The notes beneath the pieces are model-generated. The model did not search any database. It saw nothing but the letters and a program-made list of their open reading frames with translations, and had not been told where the DNA came from. A stretch of 59,352 nt of DNA, filler included, from Dimargaris cristalligena (taxonomy: Eukaryota), in assembly GCA_003614675.1 (NCBI GenBank). It is 4 parts of 4 records of this genome, joined end to end, with 100 filler letters (N's around TTAATTAATTAA, not from the genome) between each part and the next. Parts side by side here need not be neighbours in the genome. Positions count along the whole stretch, not along the records: positions 1 to 14,770 come from ML002935.1; positions 14,871 to 29,639 come from ML002936.1; 2 more parts are not named here. One strand, 5' to 3'. Positions 11,843-24,642 of this stretch are shown piece by piece. The position numbers and the translations under genes were made by a program. Within the stretch, counting starts at the first letter, position 1. Each line of letters starts with the position of its first letter.

Positions 11843-13381
11843 CTAGAGTGAAGGATTACGACGTCTCACCAAGTTCAACTGATTATCGAGAATATCAGGC
11901 TGTAGCCAAAGGGACTCATCCGCCTTGAATCCTTCCTTGCTGAGCAATCTCTCGGCGGCCGGGTGGCGGACTCGAATAGCCCACTTGAGTTTGCCATTGG
12001 CGTCCCGGTGCGGGTATACGAGCCCATTGGCTGTGCAAAAATTAAGACGCAGGACCTGCCTATCAGTGTGTGGATTAATAGCCAAGCACTTGGTCTCGGC
12101 ATTTTGGAATCCCAGTTTACCGCCATATCCACAGCCATACTCAAATTGTTCAGCCATTTTATCCCCTACGCCGGTGTAGGACTCGTCGAATTCCCAACGC
12201 AACACAGTCGCGCATGCCTGAAACTCCGGGAAACGCAACTTCTCGAAAGCCATCATCGTTTCCACTAGCTCCTTCAACTGATTGAATTGGTTTGTAGTGG
12301 CAAGGGCCGCACTGACACTGGCCATCATTTGCTGTATGGTTCTGGATTTGGTGTGGAATATCCACACATACGGGAAATGGTTGCCAAAGACCTTGAGTGA
12401 TTCTGTATACCGATATTTCTTAATGCTCTCGAATTTAACGTTGGGTAGAGATGAGAACGCTAACTTCAGGTTCACTTTGATAATATCGTTAACGGGCAAC
12501 GACAATAATGAATGTAATACGGGGAATATGATACGCCTTTGATCGTTGTTTAACCCTGTATAGTCCAGATACGCCCATTCCGCCTTGATGTTGTTTTGAG
12601 GGTTTTCTTTTGAGGGGGAAGATTGAGCCCACAGGATCATAGACCTCTTGACTTGGTTCTTTACCATTACCCACCTTATAACCACCACTGTGCTGCCAGG
12701 CGGTGGCCATGAGTGCATCCATCGGCTGCAATGGAAAGAGAGTTTGCAAATCTTTCAAAGTGATCGGACCTTTTGTTGATATTACAGGGTTGATGACTTT
12801 AATAAGCTTCTCATCCTGGATAATACGGTAGCAGATAAATACGAGCAACATATAATGTTTAGAAAGTGGGATGCAGTAATGGGTAGGAGGATGGGGGCAG
12901 TCCCCAAAACTCTCTGGCCGTGTGTGTACCAATCGATAACACATCATTAAAGCAGAGAACCTAACTTAATTAATGGCTGGCGAACGGGAAGCGGTTAGTG
13001 GACGATTGGGGACGAAACTGGCGGACTTACTTTAAAAATATCCAAACTATCTCTATCGTCCTGTATGGCTTTTTTTAATCTATGATCCACTTCGGAAAAG
13101 CGAAAACGGGCATCTACTGGAAAACTGCGCAAAATTATTTGTAAAATTTCATTGGGGAGGGATGCCAACGTAGTGGGGAGTTTGTTTTGGGAAGAACTCT
13201 GGGCTTGCACCCCGCCAATTAATGGTTTACCGTTTTCCTCGCTGTTAGGTGGGTGTTCAACAATGTCATTTGGGTTTACACCGCCTACTGCTTTGCTCTC
13301 ATCCATGGGTCGGGGGAGACTGGATACAGTATAGGTCAGGGCTAAGCCCAGCCAAATTGAGGAAGTGAGGTACGGCTTCAT
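11843..13381 (-). CDS. Secreted protein with N-terminal signal peptide and F-box motif (~410 aa); exons 13381-13031, 12815-12675, 12583-11843
   Basis: ATG 13381 begins MKPYLTSSIWLGLALTYTVSS/LP (hydrophobic leader). F-box-like LASLPNEILQIILRSFPVDARFRFSEVDHRLKKAI. Donors GTAAGT (13030) and GTGGGT (12674), acceptors CAG and AAG, join three track ORFs in phase 0 (1233 nt, in frame). The second acceptor is the least certain. Confidence 0.7.
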
Positions 13382-14770
13382 TCTCAAGGATCCCAGTGGT
13401 CAGTGGAAGGAATAGGAAATGGACTGAAGATATAAAGGGGGGCAACAATAAGATACCATCTTCTGTAGAATAATGTAGTGGTACACAAAAGAAGTTCAAG
13501 TATAGGATAATATTAACTGGAGCCTGGTAAATATGGAGAACCTATGCCAGAAACAAGGCAATGGAGAAGGTGGTCAGTATATATAATATAGTCGGACGTG
13601 GAGAGGAAGTACAGGTGGGCAGAGAGGTATGGGCAGGGAGGAAAGTGCCCGAGCTGGATAAGGGAAGATGTGGAATTTTCCATGCATTGCCCAACACCCT
13701 TTTTTATTAATTCCAAGGTATACAAAAATATTGCCCATTGTTTTAATTACAGTTGAGGTGTTCCACCAAAAGAGGACGGTGGATGCGTCCTAGGCCATGC
13801 CACTGGATGGTGTCATCTATACCCCCTGTTAGCAACTGCCCTTCTACTAATCAAATACCACAGATGCGGCAAAGGTGTAGCTAACAAGGCTTGGCGGGCA
13901 TAACTGGTGTAAACCCGGCGTCATGAACTATTATATTGCCGCCTTTTCAACTTGGTCTCCCGATTAGTCGTGTAACTATTCTTTTGATGCACAGTTGCTG
14001 CACAATAGTCCCCAACCATTCACCTTGATATGGGAGCAATTCAATGCATCTATAAATAATTATGATCAAAATGTAAATAGAAAAGGCAGAAACACTATTT
14101 TTAATTAGCCCAGTTAATTGCCTTTAACGGAATTTTTGCTTTACAATGGATATATGCCTTTTCCATACTCGCATGGGGGGAGTAATTGGGAACTAATGGC
14201 TAAGGGTTAGGGAAAATGCATTTGATTGGAAACGGCCCGGGATTCCTAATACCAGTAAAAAATTTTAACGTATGGACACAATACGCGTTAGGCGTAGCAT
14301 TATTTTGAAATATAATAGTTAAAAAATATATGGCCTCGTGGCTAAGTATATTTTGAATATGAGAGCAAGCAGCAGCTAGGCGCTCCTAAAAGCAAAAGTT
14401 GAATTATATAGAAATAAAGCGTTAGATCTTATAGAAAATAGGATACTGATTTAAACCATGAAGATTACATGCTGCTTGGGGACGTGGCTAAACTGTAGTA
14501 TTTTTCAGCCACTTGAATAGAAAAGGGTTGGTTCATGTAATCCTTTTAGGTGGGCTAGGATTAGTTGGCACCGGTTTCAGAATAATTATCAAATAGGCCG
14601 TTCATAATAAAAGTAGAACAAATTTAGACACATATGGGATGGTGCTGGATTCATCAAATTAACACACATAGTGGTTATTGTTGATTGAATCTATAAATTA
14701 GCCAGTACTGACATTTTCCTTATTTATACACCTATCTAAATATATAAATATATATTACGTTTCTAAGGAA

Positions 14771-14870
14771 NNNNNNNNNNNNNNNNNNNNNNNNNNNNNN
14801 NNNNNNNNNNNNNNTTAATTAATTAANNNNNNNNNNNNNNNNNNNNNNNNNNNNNNNNNNNNNNNNNNNN
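14771..14870. other. Assembly gap spacer (N run with central TTAATTAATTAA)
   Basis: 100-nt block, identical in design to the other two gaps. Confidence 0.97.
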
Positions 14871-15726
14871 CAGCAACTCAATAATAGTCATTTGGTTATT
14901 TCGTTAAACTGTGACCTACCTTTTACCTCCTCGGACTGTAGAATTTATCTATTTATAGGTGCTTAGAGGCCTCGACCTCAGGTAGCCGATACGGAAGACT
15001 GTGGGTCGCATAGTTAGGATGGGTGGGTATGAGTGATACAAGCTGCTATTTATCCCAGATCCTAAGCTGGCGATAATAGTAGGGAAGGTTCCGGTGAACT
15101 CTACGTGTCCCAACTGGTGCTACAGAGAGAACTGAGGGTATGCTAGAATGTAGACCATCGTCACCACCAACGCTCAGAGGTGGATGGATGTTACCACCTA
15201 GAATTGAGGGGGAATGATAGCAGTGCTGTATGGTTTTCGGTAGATTTGTTTCGAAACTGCCGTAAAGTGTCTGAAGTAGTCTCTTTCAAAGGTGAGGCTA
15301 GTTCCTCCACCACAAAGTCCACAGTATCGCCAATTCAAGATAGTGTTGCTGGTAGTGGGAGATTATATGGTTGAAAAGTAGCCCTTCTAAATAGGCGATG
15401 ATTTGCCGGTTCGCTTAAACCCCCAAGTATTCACTGTTTTCATTCGTTTTGAGCAACAATAAACAGAGTAGCTGCCGTGGTTTCAGGAGAACGAGAAGGG
15501 GGTGAGGGTTGAAGTTGGTTAAGGACTGACCACCTCCAAAGCAAGACCAGGCTCCTTTCACTTTGGACCTATTCTACGCTGCTTAACACTTTGACAGCCG
15601 AGGCTTGGTTAACCCCACATTGTATTGGCCATTTTAATTCCTATTTGTACTTTACACCTCCGTTCCTCCATTCGACTTCATTCGCTCTTGTGTTTCCTCT
15701 CCTCTTCCCTATTTTATTTTTTTACC

Positions 15727-16675
15727 ATGAACGTCTTCAACACCCGTTTCCTCTCGTCCTTCCGGGCTCCCCGCACCGTAGTGGACACCGGGGCTCACCA
15801 AAACCCGCTCGGCGCGGGGCCCGGCTCTAAGCAATATCAACTCCGCCGCTTCGCCGAAGCCACTCTGGGGTCTAGCAATCTGCGTTTGGCCGTGTTGTTA
15901 CCGGAGGGCGAGGACGTCTGCGAATGGGTGGCACTCCATATTGTGGACTTTTACAACCAAATCAATATGATCTACGCCGCCATCGCTGACCAATGTACCC
16001 ACGAGGCTTGCAGCGTCATGTCCGCCGGCCCCAAGTAAGTTACTCGCTCGACCAGGGCCTTCTTGTTAACAGGGCAAGCACACCCCCCTCTTCTCAACCT
16101 CAGTTGGGTAGTCCGGTTGTTATTGTTGTTATACCTATATGTATCCTTGTGTATTTTTTTATGAGCAATACAGAGCAAGCCCCCCTTCCCCCTATAGATA
16201 GGCGTACTTATCACTAACCCATCCCCTCTCCCTGCCTTTTATTTGGTTTTCACAATGGGCTTACTGCCTTACTTGAATGTTGGACCCGACCAGATACGAA
16301 TACCACTGGAGCGACGGTCAACAATACAAAAAGCCGGTGCGGGTTTCGGCCCCTCAATACATCAGCCTCCTCATGGATTGGGCTCAGAAACAAATATCCA
16401 ACGAGGACACCTTCCCCACGCAACCCGGCCGGCCGTTTCCCCTCAATTTTCTGACGGCCACCGCGGCCTTAATTTTCCGCCGCTTCCTGCGGGTCTACGC
16501 GCACATCTACCACCACCACTATACCACCTGTCGGCAGCGCAGTCTGGAACCTTTGCTGAACACGGCGTTCAAACACTTCACCTGCTTTGCCATTCACTTC
16601 AACCTAATTCAACCCAAGGACTTTGCTCCCGTTAGTGATATCATGGTTTCATTGGGCGTCACCACTACGTCTTAA
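15727..16675 (+). CDS. MOB1: MOB1-family kinase activator (229 aa); exons 15727-16034, 16294-16675
   Basis: AEATLGSSNLRLAVLLPEGEDVCEWVALHIVDFYNQINMIY...CTHEACSVMSAGPK|YEYHW...FRRFLRVYAHIYHHH...LNTAFKHF. Phase-2 GTAAGT...CAG intron restores the frame. Confidence 0.92.
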
Positions 16676-17928
16676 AAAAAAAGTCGCGGGGATATCATCA
16701 TTTCCGGTGAGGAGGGAGGGTCACACACTCACACTCCTATGGTTTTCTATAATACACGCCATGATGTATTTTTACTTTACTCTGCCATTATTTACCCAAA
16801 CGAAGCTTCGGTGGTCGCGATTATTCGTAACCAGACAACCGGTTAAATGCGTTGGCGGACCTGTTGAATCATTGCTTTACCCAGGCATTGCCAGCAGTCT
16901 CTAATCGTATCAGATTTATAGTTGATCCAAGAACAAAGTCAGCTGTGTTGATCTGATGTGTCTCTTTGAATACATGGTGGCCAAATAATAACTTTAATAA
17001 GCGATCCAGTGGAATATTAATTGTCGGCTCCTTTCTATACCGGTTTTAATAATAATAAAAAAGCTCACGACTGTTTGACAATAAATCATCAACCTATCTG
17101 GCGGTAGTGGACCATTGACTGTCGGTTTTAACGGACCTGTCAAGATTTCCTCGTAAAAGCCCGCCATCCATTCCGATAGTGGGTGGCCTTTTCCATTTAT
17201 TGTCGTCCCCTTGGCCGCTCATATCTACTACTCTTGGCCCAAATCACAGGCAAATCCGTCCTTTCGGATATCCGGTTCACTATCCCCGAGTTGGATGCAT
17301 TGGACAAAGAGACTGCACCCTTTCCTTGAACAGAGCAATAGTTAGTTATTCTAAAGCCATGTGTTGTAATAATCACCCCACTCGGGATTTAAAATTACGC
17401 TTTACAATAGATGGGTTGGTTTCATCCCTTTTCGAGGCTTGTATGATTCTATAATAATGGCTTTTAATGGGGCAGTGCTGATGATGAACATACAGGGATA
17501 TCAAAAATAAAATAGTGGCTAAAAGTACTGGGAATAAATAATAATAATAGTCCACGTGGCTCTTCTAAGGAACCAAAAATGGGATGGTGAAGCATCTTCT
17601 TTACACGTGTACATAGGCGGATTGGACTTGGATTGGGATGGGATGGGATGTGGGATAGCACGAGTGTAGCAGCGACATGTAATGGCCACTCGATTATCGA
17701 CCATTCGAATTATTCAAGGGATTTAGCCACATGTTTTCAGATTCTGAGCTGTAAGTTAGAGCAGAGGGGGGAACTAATGGTAGAATACCCTGTATAACAA
17801 GTTCTACGTATTAGATTATATATATATATATATAGTAATATCAATTTCAGTGTGATTCCGCCTTCACATTACACGAGTCCCACTCCCACTCACAATGCCC
17901 AGGAACCTCATCCCTTTACTGAGTGCTT

Positions 17929-19883
17929 TTAATTGATCACGACGGACCATTCGTGAGGGATATCACCGTACTGGATACCCATGATGGTGTCGTTAAGCCG
18001 CTTGGTCAAGGGACCGGCTTGGCTGTTGGGGTTGGAAGGGTCCAGAGGAACATTGATATCCTTGCCAAGGTAGAGGATACGCTTGACGGGAGACACGACA
18101 GCGGCAGTACCCGCACCGAAGATTTCGAGAAGGCGACCTTCATTGGCAGCGCTGGCAATTTGGGCCATCTCAATCTTGCCTTCAGAGACGTCAATGTCCA
18201 GCTCGTCGCGCCACGAGCGGGTCAGAGCCAGAATCGAGTCACGGGTCACACCGGGCAGGATGGTGCCATCAAGGGCCGGAGTGATAAGTTCGCGGCGACC
18301 GGCCTTGTTGATCCAGAAGACAAACAGGTTCATGGTACCCACTTCCATGAGTTCGTGCTTTTCACCAATAAGCCACAGAACCTGTTGGCAGCCCAGCTTG
18401 GCAGCCTCCCGAGCGGGTTTGATGGTCGGGGCGTAGTTGGCGCCTAATTTGGCATCACCCACGCCACCGGGCCAGGCGCGGACCTCGCGCACATTGGCGT
18501 AGAGGGAGATGGCCTTGAAGCCGGTGGCGTAGTAGGGGCCGACGGGACTGCAGATGGTGTAGAGCAGGGCGCGGTTGGAGGCGCGGACACCGAGGCATTC
18601 TTCGGTGCCGATCAGGGTCGGGCGAATGTACAGGGAGTAGCCATACTCATCAGGGACCCAGCGCTGGTCGACGCGCAGCAGTTCCTTGATGCACTCAATG
18701 TACTGGGCACCATCGAAAGTGGGTAGCGAGACACGGGGAGCGGAATTGTTCATCCGCTTCATGTTCATGTCAGGGCGGAAGAGGCGGATGCAGCCCTGCT
18801 TGTCCTTGTAGGCCTTCATACCTTCGAAGCACTCGAAGGCATAGTGGAACACCACGGCACTGGGAGCCAGCTGCAAGGGCCCATAGGGCTTGATCTCGGG
18901 GGCGGACCAACCGTATCCCTCGACCCACTCAACCTGGAGCATATGGTCGGAGAAGGTCTGGCCAAAGACCAATTCCTGGTTGGGCTGAAGGGGCTTCAGC
19001 TTGGGAGCCAGAGCCTTGGTTAAACGGGCGGCCTAACGAACGAGAGGGCACATGGGGATGGATATGTGGGAGGAGGGGGAGAGGAAAGAGCGATATGGGG
19101 GTTAGTGTACTGAATAGCTGTAGGATAGCCCTTTCCCTTCTAAAAATAGCAGAGAGCCGATCCCAGCGAACCAAAGAGGGAGTCGGCCGGATGACGGAGG
19201 CGATCCAATATACCCAATATAGCAGAGATAACCACAGAGGGTTGGGGGAGTACAATGTATCTGCAGGCAATGTGAGGGTTAGAGGACCCACGCTGAGGGA
19301 GAGAGGGGGAGGGGTCGTTGGGACGGGTGCGCCCCTCTCCGTGTGACTTGGGATCCCCCAGCCTACATGGGACTGCTCTATCTACGGGGCTTCTGCTCAA
19401 ATAAGGATCCTACTACTCGTCATGGCTGTAAATATACCATGAAAAATGCTCCGCTCGAGACAATATCAAGTGACTGCTCCTCCGGGCAGGCCTTAGACAA
19501 TAACTCTGAGAATATTGGCCACTTGCGCACCTGGGCAGTATAAATTGAAAATATATAGACGGTCGTACAACCAGGTTAAAAAGCGCACATTTAAGTCACA
19601 GCACTACACTTACAGAAACTTCGTGGTACTCAGGGGTGGCCTCTTCGTAGGTAGGCTCCTCAGCCGGTTGCACAGCGGGGCTGGCCGAGCTGTAGTTGGG
19701 GTTGGTGATAGTCATGGCGCGCTGGGGGGCGGGGGAGAGCGAAAAAGAACGCCGAAGAAAGTGGGCGCTGGCTAGTCTAGGAGCTGAAGAGGCACGGGGT
19801 GAGCTGCGGGTAGGAAGAGTAGCAGCAGCAGTGACGAGGGAGGGTAGCTTAAAAAGACGGGCGGTGGAGATAAGGGAAGCCAT
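17929..19883 (-). CDS. BAT1: Branched-chain amino acid aminotransferase (PLP fold IV) with mitochondrial-type presequence; exons 19883-19614 and 19032-17929 (~457 aa; extra small exons possible)
   Basis: LVFGQTFSDHML, FEGMKAY, YIRPTLIG, PLP-lysine GDAKLGANY, EVGTMN, ILPGVTRDS. The Arg/Ser/Ala-rich exon 1 ends at GTAAGT, in phase 0 with the TAG acceptor at 19033. Confidence 0.9.
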
Positions 19884-20357
19884 GGCGCCGAACCGAAGGA
19901 ATATATATATATATATATATATATAATGTGTGTGTATGGATGATATCTAGGAATAGAAAAAAGCGCTGGGAGAAGCACGGGTAGAGAGGGAGAGGGCAAT
20001 AGGGGCAGGCGGCGCGGTAGGGGTCCAATTGATGAGGTCTACTAATGTGGTATGGTATGGGGGTGAAAACGGACGGGTCTACTGATAAGATATCAGGTAG
20101 GTCAATGAAAAAAATACGAGGCCGAGCAAGCACTGCGATTCGTTGGATGCAGTGAGTGTGGCAAGGGGCTTAGAGTTAGTGCTGCAACGATAGGAGTCAA
20201 CAAGCGTCAGCACCATGCACGAATCGGATGCACCTAAGGAAAAGGAGGGAGGGAGCAGGAAAGAGAGATAAAGGCGCTGCATCTCTCCCGTTGGTGGAGG
20301 GTGAAATAGCCATCACCCCAGTCCATAATGACTAACCCTAACCGTGATTGGCCCATA

Positions 20358-20358
20358 C

Positions 20359-20384
<26 letters not shown>
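20358..20384. repeat. (GA)n microsatellite; (TA)n tracts also at ~17817, ~19902, ~23381, ~32752
   Basis: Direct reading. Confidence 0.9.
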
Positions 20385-20389
<5 letters not shown>

Positions 20390-22347
20390 ATAGGGTGATT
20401 GATTAACCCTCTCCCTCACAACCCCACAGAGCCCTAACAACTATCGCCGTCTAGTATTGCTGCTTACCTTTGGGCAGTGAACCAAAAAACTAGTAAAGGA
20501 GGGAAGGCTACCTTTGGTTGTTGATACGTGGGTTGAAATTCCTATAAAAGGTGAGGGATGCACTCACAATTATCCAGTGTGGCAGGATTATACCAGTCAC
20601 GGGGTGTGTTCTGGCTGATAATAATAATACCCCCGCAAAAATTGCAGTATGGCCTATACGAGGAAGAAACACTATATTAAGCACAAGAAGCAGGAAATAG
20701 GATGAGAATAGGGTAAAAAGGTCCAGCCAGCAGAGCCCAGGTCCCCCCTTATTTATACAGCACCCATTGTTAAGCGCGTACATCATCGCCATCTAACTAG
20801 CTCAGATACTAGAATGAATAATATACCCATGCCCCCCTCCTATTAGACACCTGTCATGAAACACGGCGCCCTAAATGGGGAAAACGAATCATCGAGCCTC
20901 CCAGGTGTGCATACGATTATATCACTGTCACTCGGGTCATATAAAGCCGTCACGCTGCCACATCAGCTGGTTAGCGCTATGATGAATCGCCCCATTACGG
21001 TGGTTCAAAGCCCTTATTCTCTCTCTCCCTGTGACTGGGGATTGACAAAAAATAATCATCCCCAACCCTCTGCATATATATATATATACAATTGAGCCGT
21101 CCAATGGCTTCGCAGTCCGCGCATCTCAACAGGGATAATGCCAATCACCATTCTTCGGGTGGGGCGGGACTGCTTCCCAGACGGATTGAAATTAGGAGGA
21201 TCGCATTATCATTGGAATACAGGAATGTAGCACCGAGCCCTTCCTTTTTATTACCCCTTCCCACCAAGCCGCCGCATTCTCTCCCCCCTTTCCCTTTTGG
21301 TTTAGCAGTCACCTTTAATTCCGCATTTGTTTGTGAACGACACTTTCCCCATGGTGCTTCCCAAAGCATACTTACCTGACGAAACGAGTGAATGGCTGCA
21401 GGAGTTCCGACTTGGAAAGAAAGTATCGCTCCAGCACAAAGCAGTCACCCCCCCTGTGTGTGATTGAAAGCAGTCACAGCCCCATCACCAATCCACGGTT
21501 TCCCAGGAGGTTCTGGTTGGATAGCTGACGTGGCTGGCATCTAAAAATACCCCCACATACTCGCTCCCTCTCCCTATATCCCCCTACCTCGTCCTCAAAC
21601 GAACAACCCCCAAGTCCAAGAACGCATGTTCCATAATACCCCAGTGTATTATATGAAGATGTACGCTACATATACTACTCCGTAAAACTGACCCAGCTTA
21701 AGTAGTTTTGGGAAGGTGCATGACCTAAAAAAGGGACGGGTTCAAAGCAATATCAACCCGCTGCTTCTGCTCGACATGTACTACGTATAGCTTGGCCCAG
21801 CCGGCTGGACTTACAAGTGTGATATGCTAAATACAAACTGCTCTGATGGTACATGATAATGCATAGTCTCGTAGGATGTAAAAGCGCAACTGGGGATCAG
21901 ATCCATGGCCTAGATAAAGATACCATCTGCCCATATTCATTTTAGGTACGATAATTGCCAAAGTGCTCAGGGCCATCACTGGAGCGCCAAATGATCCGTC
22001 AATTGATCTAATTCTAATAGCCAGCTCACTGACCAATATAATTTAATCAGAGCGGTTCTGATTGCTTGAATGCGTTGCCCCAACCCGCGCGGTTCCTGGT
22101 GTTCTTGACTAGAGCCATGCCGACTATTTCTATAAACTGGAAGCATATAGGAGATGATGGTAATCAATATTAAATTATGGTATAACTAAACTGATGTTAA
22201 TATGTCTCGAGGGGTTAGAGGCTTGCTGATCAACTCCCAGGGAGTATATCCATCTATTATTAAACATACAAATGACCAATAGACTGTCGAATTAGCCTGC
22301 TTTCTGGCCCAGTGGTTTGAAGTACCTCCGAGTATTCCCTCCTACCA

Positions 22348-22479
22348 ATATGGGTGAACTTCAACCCAACTGTATAAGATTTTACACAATTTGTGTATGG
22401 GATAATAACTTTTGACCAGTAATATTTACCTCGTCAAATGGATTATTCGTTATACAGCCTGGGTGAACTTCTGCCATAT
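22348..22479. mobile_element. MITE-like element, copy 2 (~130 bp)
   Basis: Left end atatgggtgaacttcaacccaactgtataa; right end ttatacagcctgggtgaacttctgccatat (imperfect inverted repeat). Collinear with 7931-8077. Confidence 0.7.
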
Positions 22480-24642
22480 AGTATTTTCCAACCCCAGGTG
22501 AATTAAAGCCTCCTGTTTCCTAGGTTTTAACGTTAGGCTGGGCCATTGGATTGGTCGATGCGCATCTAGTTCCCATAGTTGTGATATGCAAGCCAATTAG
22601 TTGGTGCGTATCCTAGGTGTTTAGTGGAAATCAGTCTGTAGTGGTGGTCATAAGGGGAGGGGGGGGCTCATTCATGGCAGCGGTGGGGTAGTCTATTAAC
22701 CACAAAATCGTGGGAGCCGAGAATCAGTTTGCCATTGCAGCACAGCATATCTGGCTGCAGTTTCGTATAACCAGTGCTGCTGAGTTTGGCTTAATAAAGG
22801 GCATAACCTAAGCAAATATAGTCCATGGTTAAGCCGGAGTGTAAACCGCCGTATTTCGACTAGTAATACCTATTGGTAAGCTACATAGTGGAAGAGAGGA
22901 TTGTAATTCACAATATATACTTCTTCGTGGTATTTCCAACAAGTCACTGAAACTATTGAAGGTGTGGATCTTGTCTATACACTAAACCAGCCTTGCCCAC
23001 TTGACCTTCTCCGTGGAATCGTATGAGGAGACATTGTCCCTCAGGCGGCCCCAAAGAAGTCGGCAAGGGTTTATACAGACACGCAAAGGTGTTCCCTTAT
23101 CGCTCGCTAATTATTGTGAGCGTGGAGAGGCGGGCCTATCATGTATGGTTTACTTAGCTGACGGTGCCGCCTGTTTACTTGAGGAGCCGGTACTTATGAA
23201 ATCGAAACCATGTTACCAGTCCTAACTCGCCGTAGATATGTTAGGATTGTATCGTGTAGGAAATTGCCTTAGTCGTAATTTAATTACCGGATGGGGGCGG
23301 ATGTTATTGAATAAAACTAGATATTGATAATAAACGAAAGAGTGTGTTGATTTATGAAATATAACCACCATTCAAGGGAGATATATATATATATATATTC
23401 AATAGAAGCATCCGCATATAGAGTATATGCACGGTGACCATGTCGATATTAAAATAAATGCTGATATTGACGTAGCGGGCGTGTAGGAAGTTATACGTGG
23501 GTGGAATACTTACCTATCTATGGGGGCTATACCGATAATCTAGAAAGTATTTTAGTTCTGGAAGATATGCGATGGTAAGTAGATGTGCCTAGAAGAAGGA
23601 TTGAGGTGGGTTTTCTAATGAATACATATCCAAATGGGTTTGTAGGAACCACGAAGCCTAGACATTATGCCTGAAAGGGTCTCAAGAGCGATGTCCCCCA
23701 GCATAAAACCTGGACAATAGCCTCATGGTTGGCTTATAAGCCTGCTATATAGCAACCTTTTTCGTTTCCTAGATAACCCCCAATCGGCTCTGCTATACTA
23801 TCAGCTTATTAACCCCGTTTATTACTCGGGTTCCAGGTCAACGGGGATTGGTAAATTGGGGGGAGGGCGGCAACGCAATCCCTTATTTCGTAATGTTCGC
23901 ATACCAATGCCTTTGTATTGTATTTGACTCCCTATAGCCTCGTGAGTATCGGTGGTGCGGGGGGCTACCTGTTTCTGCAGTCGGCGTCGGTAGATTATGC
24001 AACTCCCCTGGACTTTGAGGTGTCGTAGGGATAGGTGTACCACCAACCACCCTGTTACGTGTATGAGACGGTCTGTTTGCCAGCCTTGGGACCTTGCCCT
24101 CTCTTCAAACATATTTGCCATATTAATACAGTGCGCCGGTGCTACACATGTTAGTGTTGGCTGCCATCTCCCCTGAGTTCTCCCCTACCATGACCAATCA
24201 ACAGTGTAGCCAGCCATTCTATAGTCTATCCTGATATCTGCCCCTTTGCAAGGCCTGTTTATTGATTTACTCCCATCGACGTTAAAGTATTGTTTTGTTT
24301 TGGTTGGGTTCGCGTGTCCTATTGGCCAACTTCCCATTCTTATCTTTCGCCCAGACAACCCAGGCGTGTCGTGGTGCTGTGTGGTTGATGCCTGCGGCTC
24401 TCAATTTTAAGGCTAGTACTGCCTGGTGGTCTAGTAGTAGTACCTCTCCTAAACGACTCTCACTGAGTTCGTCTCTTTTCAACCCGTTCTTACAGTTTAA
24501 CCTACCTGATTACCTTAGCCCAGAACGGATCGGGTTTGTAACAAAAAAAAAGCGCTATCTCATACAAAACCAAGACTCTCTCATTCCCTGGTTCATTTCG
24601 CTCGGCCCATTGCTGCTGCTCAAGTAGTCCTCCTCATCTACC

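Noticed and set aside
14815..14826. TTAATTAATTAA palindrome inside each N run
   Set aside because: Artificial six-frame stop spacer from scaffolding; identical in all three gaps.
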